Positions 41,445 to 51,321 of a stretch of 64,000 bases of DNA are shown in pieces; the first letter of the stretch is position 1, and each line of letters starts with the position of its first letter. The stretch comes from Alphaproteobacteria bacterium. Its GTDB lineage: Bacteria > Pseudomonadota > Alphaproteobacteria > Micropepsales > Micropepsaceae. Both the position numbers and the translations under genes were made by a program. The notes under the pieces are model-generated. The model was not told the DNA's origin, ran no database searches, and worked only from the letters and a program-made list of their open reading frames with translations. Where the stretch lies: contig JAGWMG010000006.1 of assembly GCA_028871795.1 (NCBI GenBank), positions 41,051 through 105,050 on the forward strand. Direction: 5' to 3'.

Positions 41445-42404
41445 ATGGCCGTCTACACCGAGGTTTCGTTCGAAGACCTTGAACTCTTCCTGGCGGATTA
41501 CGAACTGGGAGCGCCGTTGACGTTCAAGGGCATCGCCGAGGGCGTCGAGAATTCCAACTATTTCCTACAGACCGGGCGCGGCTCGTTCATCCTCACGCTC
41601 TACGAAAAGCGCGTGCATTCGCACGACCTGCCATTTTTCCTGGGGCTGCTGGAGCACCTGGCGGCGCGCGGCATCGCCTGCCCGCTGCCCGTGCGCAGCC
41701 GCAACGGCGCACAATCGGCGACCCTGAACGGCCGGCCAGCCGCGGTGTTGACGTTCCTGAACGGTCTGTCGCTGCGCCGGCCGGAAGCGGTGCATTGCGC
41801 CGCGGCGGGCGCGGCGCTGGCGGCGCTCCACGACGCGGGCAAGGACTTTTCCTTGACGCGTCCCAACAGGCTGGGTGCGGACGGCTGGCGCGAACTGGCA
41901 GAGTTCTGCATCCCGCTCGCCGACCGCGTGGAGGACGGCCTGGACGCGCTCATCGCGGCGGCGCACGCCACACTGTTGGCGAAATGGCCGCGCGATCTGC
42001 CCGCCGGCGTCATTCATGCGGATTTGTTTCCCGACAATGTCCTGTTTATGAACGGCCAGGTCTCAGGCCTGATCGACTTCTATTTCGCCTGCAACGACGC
42101 CTACGCCTACGATCTCGCCGTGATGCTGAATTCGTGGTGCTTCGAAGCCGACGGCGCCTACAACATCACCAAAGCCAGGAGCCTGATCGCGGCCTATCGC
42201 CGGGAACGCAGCCTCACGGATGCCGAGATCGAGGTCTTGCCCGTGCTGGCCGGCGGTGCGGCGCTGCGATTTCTGCTGACGCGCCTTTACGACTGGCTGA
42301 ACCACGACCCGAATGCCTTGGTGAGGCCCAAGGATCCGCGCGAGTTCGCCAAGCGCTTGCGCTTCCATCAAAAGGTGAAGACCGCGGCGGAGTACGGATT
42401 GTGA
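41445..42404 (+). CDS. thrB: Homoserine kinase (type II, APH-like)
   Basis: [43 protein letters not shown]. Confidence 0.93.
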   Translation: MAVYTEVSFEDLELFLADYELGAPLTFKGIAEGVENSNYFLQTGRGSFILTLYEKRVHSHDLPFFLGLLEHLAARGIACPLPVRSRNGAQSATLNGRPAAVLTFLNGLSLRRPEAVHCAAAGAALAALHDAGKDFSLTRPNRLGADGWRELAEFCIPLADRVEDGLDALIAAAHATLLAKWPRDLPAGVIHADLFPDNVLFMNGQVSGLIDFYFACNDAYAYDLAVMLNSWCFEADGAYNITKARSLIAAYRRERSLTDAEIEVLPVLAGGAALRFLLTRLYDWLNHDPNALVRPKDPREFAKRLRFHQKVKTAAEYGL

Positions 42405-42835
42405 GCCGGCCGCGCGTCGACATCTTCACCGACGGCGCCTGCTCGGGAAATCCGGGGCCCGGCGGCTGGGCGGCGATCCTGCGCTCGGGCAAGCACGAAA
42501 GGGAATTGTCCGGCGGCGATCCCGCCACCACAAACAACCGCATGGAACTGACCGCCGTCATCCGCGCGCTGGAAGCCCTCAAGCAGCCGTCCGCCACGGT
42601 GGTTCACACCGATTCCCGGTACGTGATGGACGGCGCCACCAAATGGCTGAAGCGCTGGAAAGCCAACGGCTGGCGCACCGCCGACAAGAAGCCCGTCAAG
42701 AACGAGGAATTGTGGCGGGCGCTGGAAGACGCCTCCTCGCGGCATGCGGTTTCCTGGCGCTGGGTCGAGGGCCATTCCGGCCATGCGGAAAACGAGCGCG
42801 CCGACGCGCTGGCGCGGGCGGCGATACCTGCTTAA
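42401..42835 (+). CDS. rnhA: Ribonuclease HI
   Basis: [36 protein letters not shown]; GTG start overlapping thrB stop. Confidence 0.96.
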   Translation: MSRPRVDIFTDGACSGNPGPGGWAAILRSGKHERELSGGDPATTNNRMELTAVIRALEALKQPSATVVHTDSRYVMDGATKWLKRWKANGWRTADKKPVKNEELWRALEDASSRHAVSWRWVEGHSGHAENERADALARAAIPA

Positions 42836-43314
42836 ATCTGCTTCAGCAGATGCTCCGCGCTGGAGACCGCAAACGCGCCGGGTTCCTCAACGTTGAGCTG
42901 CTTCACCACACCGTTATCCACCAGCATCGAGAAACGCTGGCTGCGCTTGCCCATGCCGTATTTCGTGCCGTCCATCTCCAGTCCGACCGCGCGGGTGAAA
43001 TCGCCGTTGCCGTCGGCCAGCATCATCACCTTGCCGCCGGCGCCTTGCTGATCTCCCCAAGCGCCCATGACGAAAACGTCATTCACGGAAACGCAGGCGA
43101 TGGCATCGACGCCTTTCTGCTTGAACTCGCCGGCGTGCCCGATGAAGCCGGGCAGATGCTTCGCCGAACAGGTCGGCGTGAACGCGCCGGGCAACGCAAA
43201 CACCGCCACCTTCTTGCCGGAGAACAGCTCGTCCGTTTTCACCGGCTTGGGAGAGCCGTCCTTCATCTGCATCAGTGTGGCCGATGGAATCCTGTCGCCG
43301 ACTTTGATGCTCAT
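42832..43314 (-). CDS. Peroxiredoxin, Prx5 type
   Basis: [35 protein letters not shown]. Confidence 0.93.
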   Translation of the reverse strand: MSIKVGDRIPSATLMQMKDGSPKPVKTDELFSGKKVAVFALPGAFTPTCSAKHLPGFIGHAGEFKQKGVDAIACVSVNDVFVMGAWGDQQGAGGKVMMLADGNGDFTRAVGLEMDGTKYGMGKRSQRFSMLVDNGVVKQLNVEEPGAFAVSSAEHLLKQI

Positions 43315-43396
43315 GGACACCTCCTTGCCGTTGCATGTTCGAAGAGTTCTAACCTAATGCCGTGCGCCCGTGAAGCCGTTATGCTATGGTTTCCGC

Positions 43397-43990
43397 ATGG
43401 CGCAATCGGGACCGCAGGGATCGCACAACGGCGAGAGCTTCCTTGAGGGAAAGCTTCTCATCGCCATGCCCGGCATGCCCGATCCCCGCTTCGAGAAAAG
43501 CGTCATCTTCATGTGCGCGCATTCGGCGAAAGGCGCCATGGGGCTGATCATCAACAAGCCGATCGAAGGACTCTCGTTCAACGAACTGGTGCAAAAGCTC
43601 GGCATCGACGTGACGGCCAACCACGCGGACTCGCCGATCCTGTTCGGCGGTCCCGTGCAGATGGGCCGAGGCTTCGTCCTGCACAGCGCCGAATACGGCA
43701 GTTCGGAGACCACACTGCCGCTCACGCCGGAAATCTCGATGACCGCGACCGTCGACATTCTGCGCGCCATCTCGGAAGGGCGCGGCCCCGAGAAATCCGT
43801 TCTGGCGCTCGGCTATGCCGGATGGGGCACGGGACAGATCGAAGAGGAAATCCTCGCCAACGGCTGGATTCATTGCGACGCCGACGCCCGGATCGTGTTC
43901 GACACGGAGCACGAAGCGAAATGGCGGGCAGCGCTTGCCAAGCTGGGCGCGGATATTTCCGGGTTATCCGCCGAAGCCGGCCGCGCCTGA
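43397..43990 (+). CDS. YqgE/AlgH family protein
   Basis: LLIAMP...DPRF..SVI, GAMGLIIN, GGPV, LGYAGW..GQ.E.EI..NGW. Confidence 0.92.
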   Translation: MAQSGPQGSHNGESFLEGKLLIAMPGMPDPRFEKSVIFMCAHSAKGAMGLIINKPIEGLSFNELVQKLGIDVTANHADSPILFGGPVQMGRGFVLHSAEYGSSETTLPLTPEISMTATVDILRAISEGRGPEKSVLALGYAGWGTGQIEEEILANGWIHCDADARIVFDTEHEAKWRAALAKLGADISGLSAEAGRA

Positions 43991-46831
43991 TTTCCGGCCA
44001 TCCGTCACCGTACGATAATGGCGCGCAATATAGGTGAGCGCGTCCGTGGCGGTGAGCGGCTCGGAAAACAGGAATCCCTGGGCGTATTCGCAGCCGAATT
44101 CCAGCATGCGCTGCGCGTCGCTTTCGCTTTCAACGCCTTCGACGATGACGTTGCGCTTGAGATCGCGCGCCAGCGAGACGATGGACGACAAGACGACGTC
44201 GACGCCGCAATCCGCATCGGTGCCGCCGTGGCGCGACAGAAAGCTCTTGTCGATCTTCACCGTGTCGAACGGCAGATCGCGCAGCTGGCTCAGGCTCGAC
44301 AAGCCGGTGCCGAAATCGTCGATCGCCAGTCCCGCGCCCAGTGCGCGCAGCCGCGTCATCAAGGCGGGCGCGTCGGTGTCGGTGACGATAGCGCTTTCCG
44401 TTATCTCCAGCTTCAAAGTACCCGGTTCGATGGCGGCATCGGACAAGAGCTGGACGAGGAAGGTTTCGAGGTCGAGATCGAGAAGCTGGCGCCGCGAAAG
44501 ATTGACACTGACGAACAGCGCCTCGGACATGGGAAAGAACCGCTGCCATTGCGCGATGCTGTCGGCGGCCCGCTTCAAGGCCAGCCGCCCCAGCGAGACG
44601 ATGAGCCCGGTTTCTTCCGAATGGGCGATGAAGTCGGCCGGCGCCACCAAGCCCTTCGCCGGATGACGCCAGCGCAGCAAAGCTTCGAATCCCGCCACCG
44701 TGCGGTCCGACAATCTGACGATGGGCTGATAAAAGACCTCGATCTCGTCCTTTTCCAGCGCATTGCGAAGTTCGGCATCGAGCGTCACGGCGTCGGCGGG
44801 CGCCTGCGCCTCAAGCGCGCGCGTATACACCCTGGCGCAATCGCCGCCTTGGCGCTTGGCCTGCATCAGCGCGAGTTCGGCATTCTTCAGCAAATCCAGG
44901 GGATCGCGCGCTTCGCGGCCCTCGGTGATCCCGACGCTGGCAGGCGCGAAGACGCTGCGGCCGGCGAGCCGATGTGCCGCGCCGCAAACCTGCACCAGTT
45001 CCGCGCCCACTTCCGCGGGCTTGTCGCGCGCCTGTCGAAACAGCACCGCGAAGGCATCGCCGCCGACGCGGAAGATCTGCCCGATGCCGGAGAACCGCTT
45101 GGCGAGCCTTTGGGCAAGCTCCGAAAGAACATCGTCGCCGCCGGCATCGCCCAGGCTGGCGTGGATGGTCTTGAAGCGGTCGATGTCGAGCATGGCAAAG
45201 GTCGCATCGCGTAGCCGTTCGCCGAGCTTCTCGAGCTCCTCCATCAGCGCCACGCGGTTGCCGAGCCCGGTCAGCGGATCGCGCAAGGTGCGGTCCATCA
45301 TCGCCGCTTCGGATTCCTTGCGCAGCGTGATGTCGGCGAGCAGGCCCACGCAGCGTTCGGCGGCCTGGTTTTCCGGACCCTTCATCGTCGCGCGCAGTTC
45401 GAACCACGGATAAGCGCCGTCTTCGGCGCGCACGCGGAACTCGATGCGGAACGCCAGCCCGGACCGGGTGCGGAAGTCGGAAATCGCCCGCTCGTAGACG
45501 CCGCGGTCCTCGGGATGCACGCGCGCCACCCAGAGCCGGTGCGCCATGCGGCCCGCATCGAGTCCGATCGGCGCGGCGGCTTCGCGCGACAGGACGGCGG
45601 CTTCATCGGCAAAATCCAGTTCGAAGACGCCCTGACGCGAAGCGTCGATGGCTTCAAGCGCCGCATTCGGCGCCGGCGCGGGCGGAGGCGGTTGGTGCAC
45701 CGGCAGCGCGCCGTGCGGCTGGCGTGCAAACGGCAGGACGGCGATCCCCTCGCCGGTGGCCACGGCCAGCACCAGCAGCACGGCGCCCGCCGCCGCGAAG
45801 CCGCCCGCCACGTCCGGCATCAGCGGCGCGCTGCCAAAGCCGCCCACGGCCGAGAACGCGGCGGCCAACGCCACCAGCACGAACAGTCCGGCGCTCGGCG
45901 TGAGGACGCGCGCGGTCCTGGAGCCCTTGCGGCCGCGGTAGACCAGGTAGGCCGCAAGTGCCAGCGTGCCGCAAAGCAACGCGATGTCGGTCAGCAAGGT
46001 CGCCGCCGGCACACCCAGATAGGCCAGCACGGACAACCCCACCAAACCGAACAGGGAACGATCGAACCATTTTTCCGCAGCGGCCCACAATTCCTTGAGC
46101 GGAACGATCAGATCGACGAGCCTTGCACCCGCGGCCAGCGTCAGACCGGCAAAAAGCGCGATCAGGCCATAGGGGCCGCCAATACTGGTGACCAGACTGC
46201 CGTCGAACATGCCGGCCACGGCGAGCCTCGTCAGCAGCATCAGCAGCAGCGTCAACGCCGCCCAACGGGGCGGACCGTGATGGGTCATCACCGCCAGACC
46301 GGCCGCCATCGCCGCGGCGGCTCCGATCAACGCGGCGACCGCCGCCACGAAGATCGCAAGCTGGCGGTTGTGGCCGGCCAGCGCGGGCTCGGTCCAGGCC
46401 AACAGAGACGGCGGCGATTGCGCTCCGGCGATGCGCACCGCCAGCGGTGCGGAGGCCGCGGCCGGAATCGTCACAAGGTAGGCATGGCGGCCATAGGTGC
46501 TGGCGCCCTCCACGACGACGTTCGGATTCGTGCTCACAAGCTGCAGGATCGCCGGTCTTGTCGCGCGCGGAAGAATGCCGAGCCCGGTATCCGGGGGCTG
46601 GCCGGCTTGCAGGACCCGGATCACGGGCCTGTTCGATTCATTCGTGGCAGTGAACGTGAACCAGCCCGCCGAGACGACACCCGGCGCAGGTTTGTAAGGG
46701 CCAAGCGTCTCCTTGAGTTCGATGACGCCTTCCGGCCCGCTCAGGCTGACGCCGTGCGGCGCAGGCGAGGCCGCTTGCGCGCCGAACAGGAACGCGGCCG
46801 CGATGGCCGCAAGGGTCAACCGTCTCATCAT
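43964..46831 (-). CDS. Membrane-bound c-di-GMP phosphodiesterase (periplasmic domain, multi-TM, PAS, degenerate GGDEF, EAL)
   Basis: GGDAF replaces GGDEF; intact YQP, EAL, SVN, EITE, DDFGTG, KID, EGVE, QG. Confidence 0.88.
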   Translation of the reverse strand: MMRRLTLAAIAAAFLFGAQAASPAPHGVSLSGPEGVIELKETLGPYKPAPGVVSAGWFTFTATNESNRPVIRVLQAGQPPDTGLGILPRATRPAILQLVSTNPNVVVEGASTYGRHAYLVTIPAAASAPLAVRIAGAQSPPSLLAWTEPALAGHNRQLAIFVAAVAALIGAAAAMAAGLAVMTHHGPPRWAALTLLLMLLTRLAVAGMFDGSLVTSIGGPYGLIALFAGLTLAAGARLVDLIVPLKELWAAAEKWFDRSLFGLVGLSVLAYLGVPAATLLTDIALLCGTLALAAYLVYRGRKGSRTARVLTPSAGLFVLVALAAAFSAVGGFGSAPLMPDVAGGFAAAGAVLLVLAVATGEGIAVLPFARQPHGALPVHQPPPPAPAPNAALEAIDASRQGVFELDFADEAAVLSREAAAPIGLDAGRMAHRLWVARVHPEDRGVYERAISDFRTRSGLAFRIEFRVRAEDGAYPWFELRATMKGPENQAAERCVGLLADITLRKESEAAMMDRTLRDPLTGLGNRVALMEELEKLGERLRDATFAMLDIDRFKTIHASLGDAGGDDVLSELAQRLAKRFSGIGQIFRVGGDAFAVLFRQARDKPAEVGAELVQVCGAAHRLAGRSVFAPASVGITEGREARDPLDLLKNAELALMQAKRQGGDCARVYTRALEAQAPADAVTLDAELRNALEKDEIEVFYQPIVRLSDRTVAGFEALLRWRHPAKGLVAPADFIAHSEETGLIVSLGRLALKRAADSIAQWQRFFPMSEALFVSVNLSRRQLLDLDLETFLVQLLSDAAIEPGTLKLEITESAIVTDTDAPALMTRLRALGAGLAIDDFGTGLSSLSQLRDLPFDTVKIDKSFLSRHGGTDADCGVDVVLSSIVSLARDLKRNVIVEGVESESDAQRMLEFGCEYAQGFLFSEPLTATDALTYIARHYRTVTDGRKSGAAGFGG

Positions 46832-46872
46832 CACTGGCGTCGATGATCCAAGGGCGTCTGCACTTTGGGCCG

Positions 46873-47466
46873 CTAACCTACCTGCGCCTCGTCCCCGAGC
46901 AAAGCAAATAGGACGTGGTCGCTCCATTCGCCGTTAATCTGCAGATAGCGCCGTGCGAATCCCTCCTGCCGGAACCCCATCTTGACCAGCAGGCTCTTGG
47001 AAGGTTCGTTCGAAGGCAGACAGGCCGCCTCGATCCGATGCAGGCCCAGGGTCGAGAAAATGAACGGGACAAGCGCCTTCACCGCGTCGAACATGTAGCC
47101 CTGCCGCGCGAAACGTTCGCCGATCCAGTACCCCAGCGCACAGCATTGCGTGACGCCGCGCCGCACGTTGGACAGCGTGCAGCCGCCCATCAGCGTATCG
47201 TCCTCGCTGCGGAACACAAAAAAAGCATAGGCGGAATCCTGGCGGATTTCTTTTTGGTAACGTTTGATGCGCCGCCGAAACGCGCCCTTGGTCAATTCGT
47301 CGCTGGCCCAGGCGGGTTCCCATGGCGTGAGGAACGCCCTGCTCTCGCCGCGCAGCAGCGCCCAGCGCTTGTAATCGGCGATGCGCGGGTAACGAAGATA
47401 GACCTCCCGGCCGCGCAATACCGGCTGCTGGCCGCCGGGAAACGTCAGCCCGCGCATGAAGGCCAT
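46873..47466 (-). CDS. RimJ/RimL family GNAT acetyltransferase
   Basis: SRAFLTPWEP, LSNVRRGV.Q, LGYWIG, LHRIEAACLP.N..S, W.DH.L. Confidence 0.88.
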   Translation of the reverse strand: MAFMRGLTFPGGQQPVLRGREVYLRYPRIADYKRWALLRGESRAFLTPWEPAWASDELTKGAFRRRIKRYQKEIRQDSAYAFFVFRSEDDTLMGGCTLSNVRRGVTQCCALGYWIGERFARQGYMFDAVKALVPFIFSTLGLHRIEAACLPSNEPSKSLLVKMGFRQEGFARRYLQINGEWSDHVLFALLGDEAQVG

Positions 47467-47477
47467 GGGACCTGGTT

Positions 47478-48767
47478 TCATTCGGCCGCGCGCATGGCCT
47501 GCCGCGAACCGAAACGCCCCGCAAAGACTTCATAACGCTCGAGCTTGCCGGCGGGACCGACGGTGACGATCGCAGGCGGTTCTGTTGTCGACATCGTCCG
47601 TGCGCCATAGCGGCGCACCGCGGCGGCGTCAACTGCCTCGAGCTTCGCCGTCAATTCTTCGACCGACGGCACGGTGCCGTAGTTGAAGACGTGCCCCGCG
47701 ATCATTTCGGCGCGCGTACTGGGCCGCTCCAGGCCCATCAACAGGCCCGACAGCATCTGCGCCTTGGCGCGCGCGATCTCGTCCTCGCTCGCCGTTTCGG
47801 CAAGCGCGGCCATTTCGCCGGCCACCACGGCGCCGATCTCCGCCGCCTCGACTTCGCCCGTACCCGTGTAAACGCCGATCACGCCGCTGTCCTTGGCGCT
47901 GTGCGCAAAGGCGTAAATCGAATAGCACAGCCCGCGTTTTTCGCGCGCCTCCTGGAACAGCCGGGACGACATGCCGCCGCCGAGCGCGGTAACGTAGACC
48001 TGCGCGACGTAATAGTCGGGATCCTGCGCCGAAACGCCCGGAAAAGCATAAGCGATGTGCGCCTGCTCCAGATCGCCTTCGTAATGGCCCTCCCCGCCGA
48101 CGTAACGCGCGGCAAGCGGCGATCGCGGCTCGCCGGGAAGCAACGCGGCGAACTTCTCTTCCGCGATGCGCACGATCCCATCGTGATCGACAGCGCCCGA
48201 CGAGACCAGCGTCATGCCGCCGGCGCGATAATTGGTGCCCATGTAGGCGAAAAGATCGTCGCGTCCGAAGGCGTTGACGGTTTCCTCGTTGCCGAGAATG
48301 GGCCAGCCCATCGGCTGATCGGGATAGCAGACGGTCTGCAGATAATCGAAGATGATGTCGTCTGGCGTGTCGCGCGCCTGACCGATCTCCTGCAACACCA
48401 CCTGGCGCTCGCGGTCGATCTCGACCGGATCGAAGGCGGGCTCGGTGAGGATGTCGGCGAGGATGTCGAGCGCCAGCGGCACATCGGCTTTGAGCGTGCG
48501 CGCGTGGAATGCCGTTTGCTCGCGACTCGTGTAGGCGTTGAGGAACCCGCCGACCGATTCGATCTGCACGGAAATGTCGCGCGCGCTTCGCCTTCGCGTG
48601 CCCTTGAAGGCCATATGTTCGAGCATGTGCGAGACGCCCATCAGCGAGACGGACTCGTTGCGCGCGCCGCAATTCACCCACACGCCGACAGCGGCGCTTT
48701 CGAGCTGCGGCATGGGATCGGTGATGACAACCAACCCATTGGAAAGACGGGAAATTTTTAGGTCCAT
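47478..48767 (-). CDS. M16 family zinc peptidase (pitrilysin/MPP-like)
   Basis: SHMLEHMAFKGT (HxxEH), NAYTSRE, GGGMSSRLFQEAREKRGLCY. Confidence 0.93.
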   Translation of the reverse strand: MDLKISRLSNGLVVITDPMPQLESAAVGVWVNCGARNESVSLMGVSHMLEHMAFKGTRRRSARDISVQIESVGGFLNAYTSREQTAFHARTLKADVPLALDILADILTEPAFDPVEIDRERQVVLQEIGQARDTPDDIIFDYLQTVCYPDQPMGWPILGNEETVNAFGRDDLFAYMGTNYRAGGMTLVSSGAVDHDGIVRIAEEKFAALLPGEPRSPLAARYVGGEGHYEGDLEQAHIAYAFPGVSAQDPDYYVAQVYVTALGGGMSSRLFQEAREKRGLCYSIYAFAHSAKDSGVIGVYTGTGEVEAAEIGAVVAGEMAALAETASEDEIARAKAQMLSGLLMGLERPSTRAEMIAGHVFNYGTVPSVEELTAKLEAVDAAAVRRYGARTMSTTEPPAIVTVGPAGKLERYEVFAGRFGSRQAMRAAE

Positions 48768-50152
48768 GGCCGGGGCACTGTAGCCTCGATGAGGCCCCGG
48801 ACCAAGCCCTTGTCCGCGGACAGAACGATCATTTTTTCGGGTGCCTGGAGCGCCACTCTAAGCCTCGGGGGCGGCGCGGGAATCTGGCCCGTGGCACGGC
48901 GGACCGCGTCGGGAAACTTGGCCGGATGGGCGGTGGAAAGGACAACAACCGGTACTTTCTGATGCTCGTTCAGGTTGTATGCGGCGGCCACGCCGACAGC
49001 CGTATGCGGATCGATCAGGCGGCCGGTTTCGGCATGGACGCGGGCGATGGCGGCCAGCGTCTGCTCGTCGTCGCAGCGCCTGGCCGCGTAGCGCGCGCGC
49101 AAAGCGGTGCGAACGCCGTCGGGGAGCTTGAGACTCTTCGATGCCGCAAAGCGCGCCATGGCCTGGCGCAGCCAGGCGACGTTGCGGCAAGAAGCCTCGA
49201 ACAGCGCGCGCTCGAAGTTGCTGGCGACCTGGATGTCCATCGACGGGCTGAGAGTCGGCTGCGCCCGGCCCGACGCATAGACGCCGTCGTTGAGCACGCG
49301 CGCCATGATGTCGTTGGCGTTGGTGGCGACGACGAGTTTCTCGACGCCAAGGCCCATGCGCATCGCCGCCTCGCCCGCGAAGACGTCGCCGAAATTCCCC
49401 GTCGGCACGACGAAGACGGGCGGCGCGCCGAGCTGCGCCGCGGCCGTGAAGTAATAGACGCTCTGCGCCGCGATGCGCGCGAAGTTGATGGAATTGACCG
49501 CGGTCAGGTTCACCGCGCGGGCGAATTCGGTTTCCGCGAACAATGCCTTCACGATCGCTTGCGCGTCGTCGAAGCTGCCTTCCAGCGCGACATTGTGGAC
49601 GTTGTCGAACGGCGCCGTCGTCATCTGGCGGCGCTGCACCTCGCTGACGCGCCCGTGCGGATGCAGGACGAAGACCTCGACGTTGTCGAGCCCGCCCAGC
49701 GCCGCGATCGCCGCCGAACCGGTATCGCCGGAGGTCGCCGCAAGCATGGTGGCGCGCCCGCCGCGTTTTTTCAGCGCCCGCTCGAACAGCCGCCCGAGCA
49801 CCTGCAGCGCCACATCCTTGAAAGCGAGTGTCGGACCGTGGAACAGTTCCAGCAGATAAAGATTCGGACCGATCTCGGTGAGCGGCGCGATGCGCGGATC
49901 GTCGAAACCGGCATAGGCGGCGGCGATGTCGGCGGCGAGGTCTTCGTTCGAAAACGAGTCCCCCGCGAGGCGGCCGATGATGACGCGCGCGGCCTCCGCA
50001 TAGGCCTGCGAACCGAAACCCGCCATCTCCGCCGCCGTGAACCTGGGCCAGGCTTGCGGCAGATAAAGCCCGCCGTCGGGCGCCAGTCCGGCGAGCAGCA
50101 TGTCGGCGAAGGACTGCGGCGGAGCTTGGCCGCGGGTGCTCAGGTAAAGCAT
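48758..50152 (-). CDS. thrC: Threonine synthase
   Basis: YLSTRG, GLAPDGGLY, LELFHGPTLAFKD, ATSGDTG, NSINFAR, VPTGNFG, TAHPAKF. Confidence 0.96.
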   Translation of the reverse strand: MLYLSTRGQAPPQSFADMLLAGLAPDGGLYLPQAWPRFTAAEMAGFGSQAYAEAARVIIGRLAGDSFSNEDLAADIAAAYAGFDDPRIAPLTEIGPNLYLLELFHGPTLAFKDVALQVLGRLFERALKKRGGRATMLAATSGDTGSAAIAALGGLDNVEVFVLHPHGRVSEVQRRQMTTAPFDNVHNVALEGSFDDAQAIVKALFAETEFARAVNLTAVNSINFARIAAQSVYYFTAAAQLGAPPVFVVPTGNFGDVFAGEAAMRMGLGVEKLVVATNANDIMARVLNDGVYASGRAQPTLSPSMDIQVASNFERALFEASCRNVAWLRQAMARFAASKSLKLPDGVRTALRARYAARRCDDEQTLAAIARVHAETGRLIDPHTAVGVAAAYNLNEHQKVPVVVLSTAHPAKFPDAVRRATGQIPAPPPRLRVALQAPEKMIVLSADKGLVRGLIEATVPRPWT

Positions 50153-50235
50153 GAAAACGCCGTTCGAAGGATTAAGCCGCCGGGAAAATCGTTTTTAGAT
50201 GCTCGCTTCGGGCAAAGTCCACCTTTACCCCGTTC

Positions 50236-50365
50236 CGTCATGGCCGCCCTTGAGGCGGCCATCCAGCAGTGAAGCACGCGGAGATCGCGGCGATGCACTC
50301 CCGTTCCGCGTTCTCCATGTCTCCGCGTGACAATCTGGATGGCCGGCTCAAGGCCGGCCATGACG
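50236..50365. repeat. REPIN-like doublet: two inverted CGTC REPs around an internal hairpin (130 bp)
   Basis: 50236-50267 CGTC-ATGGCCGCC-CTTGA-GGCGGCCAT-CCAGC and 50335-50365 (minus) CGTC-ATGGCCGGC-CTTGA-GCCGGCCAT-CCAG; inner cacgcggaga/tctccgcgtg. Confidence 0.9.
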
Positions 50366-50380
50366 AAATTTAAGGGCAGT

Positions 50381-50575
50381 TTATTGCGTCGTGTCGACTG
50401 GCGCGCAGTGGTGGTGCCCGGCGGCGAAGCAGTCCTGCAGCTCGATGCCGTGCTTGAGCATGAGCATCAGGAGCACCGTCACGACGACGATGACAACGGC
50501 GATGCCGGCCACAAGCAGATTGGTTCGCTGCCTTTGGTGGTAATCGTCGGGAGGCGGCTGGTCCATGACGTTCAT
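50381..50575 (-). CDS. Small single-TM hypothetical protein with C-terminal Cys/His motif
   Basis: RQRTNLLVAGIAVVIVVVTVLLMLML TM, then KHGIELQDCFAAGHHHCAPV; starts 4 nt after SURF1 stop. Confidence 0.7.
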   Translation of the reverse strand: MNVMDQPPPDDYHQRQRTNLLVAGIAVVIVVVTVLLMLMLKHGIELQDCFAAGHHHCAPVDTTQ

Positions 50576-50579
50576 GTTA

Positions 50580-51287
50580 TCACCTCCACCCCAGCCGTCC
50601 CTTGCCGATGTGGTAGGCGACATAGACGCCCAGCAGCGCCGCCGCCATCAGGAACCAGGTGACGGCGTATTGCAAATGCTCGTTGCGGAAGGTGACTTTC
50701 GACTGCCCGCCCTTGGGCCAGCCGCCGGGATTGGGCGCGGCGTCGGCTTCCACGATCACCGGCGCGGCGAGCTTCACGCGATCGGCGGCGGCGATGGAGG
50801 TCACGTCGGGCGAATACCAGATGCGGTGCGCGGCGTCGGGCGGCGGCGTGAAGAACCCCGGCGCGCCGGGCGTGCGCCAGACGCCGACGAGGCGCCGCTC
50901 GCCTTCGAGCTGGCCGCGCGCGCGGCGCGCCGGATCGCGAAGCTCGACGGGCACGATGCCGCGATCCACCATCAGCGTGCGCCCGCCGCCGTCCACGAAG
51001 GGCGTCAGCACGTGATAGACCGGCGCGCCGTTAGGCCCGGTCTCGTAGACATAGGCTTCCTTGGCGTTCTCGAAACGGCCGGTCAGCGCCACGCGGCGGT
51101 ACTGCGCGTTTGTCGCCAGGGCGCGGTCGAGCGAAACCGGCGGCGCGGCGAGGCTGCGGTTCACCTCAGCGATCAGTCCGAGCTTCCAGTGCAAACGCTG
51201 AATCTGCCAGACGCCGAGCGCGATCAGCGCCGCGAACATGACGGCGAAGACGGCGGTAAAAACGGGGAGCGGCCGGAAGTGGGGCAT
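50580..51287 (-). CDS. SURF1 family cytochrome oxidase assembly protein
   Basis: LGVWQIQRLHWK, YRRV..TG, VDRG, NEHLQYAVTWF. Confidence 0.93.
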   Translation of the reverse strand: MPHFRPLPVFTAVFAVMFAALIALGVWQIQRLHWKLGLIAEVNRSLAAPPVSLDRALATNAQYRRVALTGRFENAKEAYVYETGPNGAPVYHVLTPFVDGGGRTLMVDRGIVPVELRDPARRARGQLEGERRLVGVWRTPGAPGFFTPPPDAAHRIWYSPDVTSIAAADRVKLAAPVIVEADAAPNPGGWPKGGQSKVTFRNEHLQYAVTWFLMAAALLGVYVAYHIGKGRLGWR

Positions 51288-51321
51288 GGACTTCTTTACC
51301 TCCTCCTTGTGGGGAGGCGAA

